This document shows, piece after piece, positions 61,657 to 64,000 of a stretch of 64,000 bases of DNA. Under the pieces are notes generated by a model that saw nothing but the letters and a program-made list of their open reading frames with translations, made no database searches and was not told the DNA's origin. The stretch spans positions 52,142,001-52,206,000 of the forward strand of contig NC_135657.1 of NCBI RefSeq assembly GCF_964188315.1. Reading direction: 5' to 3'. The position numbers and the translations under genes were made by a program. The stretch comes from Podarcis muralis. Lineage: Eukaryota. Each line of letters opens with the position of its first letter. Within the stretch, counting starts at the first letter, position 1.

Positions 61657-61868
61657 AGGTGGGAAGGTAAACGGCATTTTCGTGCACTCTGGTTTCCATC
61701 ACGGTGTCCCGTTGTGCCAGAAGCGGTTTAGTCCTGCTGGCCACATGACCCGAAAGCTGTCTGCAGACAAATGCAGGCTCCCTTGGTCTGAAGCGAGATG
61801 AGTGCCACAACCCTATAGTCACCTTTGACTGGACTTAACCATCCAGGGGTCCTTCACCTTTACCTTTT
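61657..61868 (+). mobile_element. Sauria SINE, 5'-truncated
   Basis: It reads gggaaggtaaacggc...ctggccacatgaccc...gactggacttaacc...cacctttacctttt. Confidence 0.85.
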
Positions 61869-63534
61869 CTTAGTAGAGGCATGGTTAGGGGGTGGCATAT
61901 GGGACCTAAGCCCTGAGTATTTTGTTGTGGGATTTGGACACCCTACTTGTTCCTCCATCCTTTTTAAAACTTTTTTTCTTGCTTTGCCTGAAGGACCACT
62001 GAGTGCACTGCAAACCATGGGAGACCTCATTCACCTGCTGCCTTAATTTGCAGGGTGCCCAAGCCAGACACAGAGTACAATACCAAGAAAACCTTGCTTT
62101 CTCCTCATAGCATACACTAAGCCCAACAGCAAATCATTTTTCCTCCTAAAAACTGACCTGAATTTCCATCTCTACTTAGAAATTATTTATATGCGAATTC
62201 CATGCAAGGGTGTGTCATAGACCTGTGTCCTGAGTCTTCTATGCACTAAGCACCACCCCGTTTCCAGCCCGCCCTTTCCACCTCTCCTCTGTCCTCCTCC
62301 ATTCTGTCATGTAAGAGCAAAAAGCTATTGATTTTCTAGTCAGTGTCATTATCTGAAATGCAGTGCATGCCAGTTGTTGTTTTGTTTCAGTCTCTCTGAC
62401 AAAAGCTGTTCTTAAGCAAGAGCAATCTGGCAAATGAAATTAATATGCGATGAATAGCTGTGTGGAGTGGGAGGGGCAGAGAACGAGATCTTCTCTTAAG
62501 CTGAAAAGACACTTGGCATGTCTATTCCTCCGCACTTCCTTCCTGACAGTATGAGCTGTAAAAAGTTTTGTCTCCCTAGCAGAGAGTGCCCATTGCTTTA
62601 TTCACCAGAACTGCAGCCCGAGTTGAATACCGTCCTTGCGAAAAAGAAATGCACAGGTTTTGGAGATTCCAGCCTGTAAAATCATCAAATGTGTGAGCAT
62701 ATATAGGCAAGCAAGGGCTTGAACGGTTGTAGTGGTGGTGTTTTAAGAAGGCAATTTGTTCACTACTTAACCCTGTAAGCACCTGAAATAACCAAGGGTG
62801 CAATGGTACATATTCAGTCATAAGGTACTGATCTCAGCAGAAGAGATTCTGCTTGAACCAGAAATGCTTAAACAGGATTAAAGATTTTTCCTAGAATATG
62901 TAGGCATTTCTGATAAAAAATGAGTGGTTTTGGTTATTAGCTTATTCATAATTAAATCCTTATATATCCATTTTGCCCGCTTTAAACCTACTGCCCCCTT
63001 ATTCTGAAAAGCTCCTTTCGCCTCTTTTCCTCTTGCCTCTGTTATTCATAACGGATAATATTTAATGGTTTGATGGATGCTGCATGCCAGATAAAGGTCA
63101 GGCGCTTAGGCTCTCATATGCATCATAAGTACTCCCTCTTCTGTCGTAGGAGAGGCAGTGCAGTCCTTTTGGGGAAGGTCCAAGGACTGAACAATGCCAG
63201 GGTCACGAAGATCTCAGATCTCCTCCGCCTCCTCTTCCCTAAACCCACCCGCTCCCTTTCACCAATCTTTTCTTTGACATGAGAAAATAGGCCTGTAATT
63301 TTGTGAGGATTGAGGTTGGCCAGGCTGTGCTGACAGCTTTGTATGCTATGTGGCCATGCGCCATTTCCATCTACAACTGTGTCTTACACTGTTGGCTCTG
63401 CTGGATAAAGAGAACATTGTGTCTCTTGGAAGTGCTGCTGGCTCGTCCCCTGCTCTCCGTGTGAGAAAAGGAAATGTTCTGTCTATTCATGACTTAGCAA
63501 CGGTTGGCAAAAATGATGTCATATCCATGGCATC

Positions 63535-63535
<1 letters not shown>

Positions 63536-63576
<41 letters not shown>
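63536..63576. repeat. (AC)n microsatellite
   Basis: Read directly from the sequence. Confidence 0.95.
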
Positions 63577-63577
<1 letters not shown>

Positions 63578-64000
63578 CAAAAGATCGGTTTCTAAACAGG
63601 GTTTTGCACACTGCACTCTGGGAGGGCCACAATAGAATTCAAAAACTTTAAAGCTCTATTCCGAGCAGAATATAAGCCTTCTTTGTTTTTGTTTTTCCCA
63701 TGCTGGGAACAAATGAGAATTGTTCAGCACTTGCAAATGCAGCCACTCTTTGATAGGCTTCCCTTTAAAATATTATGTGGCGTTTTCGAGCCAACTCTTT
63801 GCTGTATAAATATTATAAATGTTAGAGACATGCCATTACACACTGAGTGGATTACCTGAGTTCCTGATAACTGAATCTAGTAAGATCCAGGTACATGTTA
63901 CATTGCTGTAAAGCAAAATGTTTATTTGTGGATGAGTGTAGGAATACAGGTCTCTGGTTTTAATGAGCAATTTCATAGTGTTGATGTTGTTGTTTCATTA

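Larger units (their letters stand above)
29127..64000 (+). other. PRKN: PRKN intron 7 (partial, inferred)
   Basis: Lies downstream of the gtaagt donor. I saw no exon-8-like sequence ([21 protein letters not shown]) by eye. Confidence 0.75.

Noticed and set aside
1-64000. Additional PRKN exons (6, 8) or a nested gene on either strand
   Set aside because: I saw no matching peptide or convincing exon chain by eye. A TBLASTN with parkin and RNA-seq alignment would be needed to exclude them fully.

Overview
This is vertebrate genomic DNA, almost certainly from a squamate and probably a lacertid lizard, judging by the repeat repertoire (Sauria SINE, BovB, Squam2/3-like SINEs, CR1). The window lies inside the parkin gene (PRKN/PARK2) on the + strand. 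It holds one 137-bp coding exon (28990-29126), orthologous to human exon 7 and encoding RING1. The rest is inferred intron 6 and intron 7. These introns carry many transposable elements: CR1, L1, L2, BovB, Rex1-like and Penelope-like fragments, three SINE families, hAT and Tc1/pogo MITEs, and a decayed IR/DR Tc1 with nested BovB and SINE insertions. There are no prokaryotic features and no CRISPR array. Four observations stand out. (1) A TSD-flanked, ORF-less 1.7-kb retroelement has a CpG-rich 5' end and an L1-type 3' end and lies antisense to PRKN. (2) A 150-bp near-perfect hairpin sits 2.3 kb downstream of the exon. (3) Penelope-like remnants carry fossil minimal hammerhead ribozymes. (4) A BovB copy with an intact TSD lacks its catalytic RT motif. 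Family names come from recall of consensus sequences, not from database searches.
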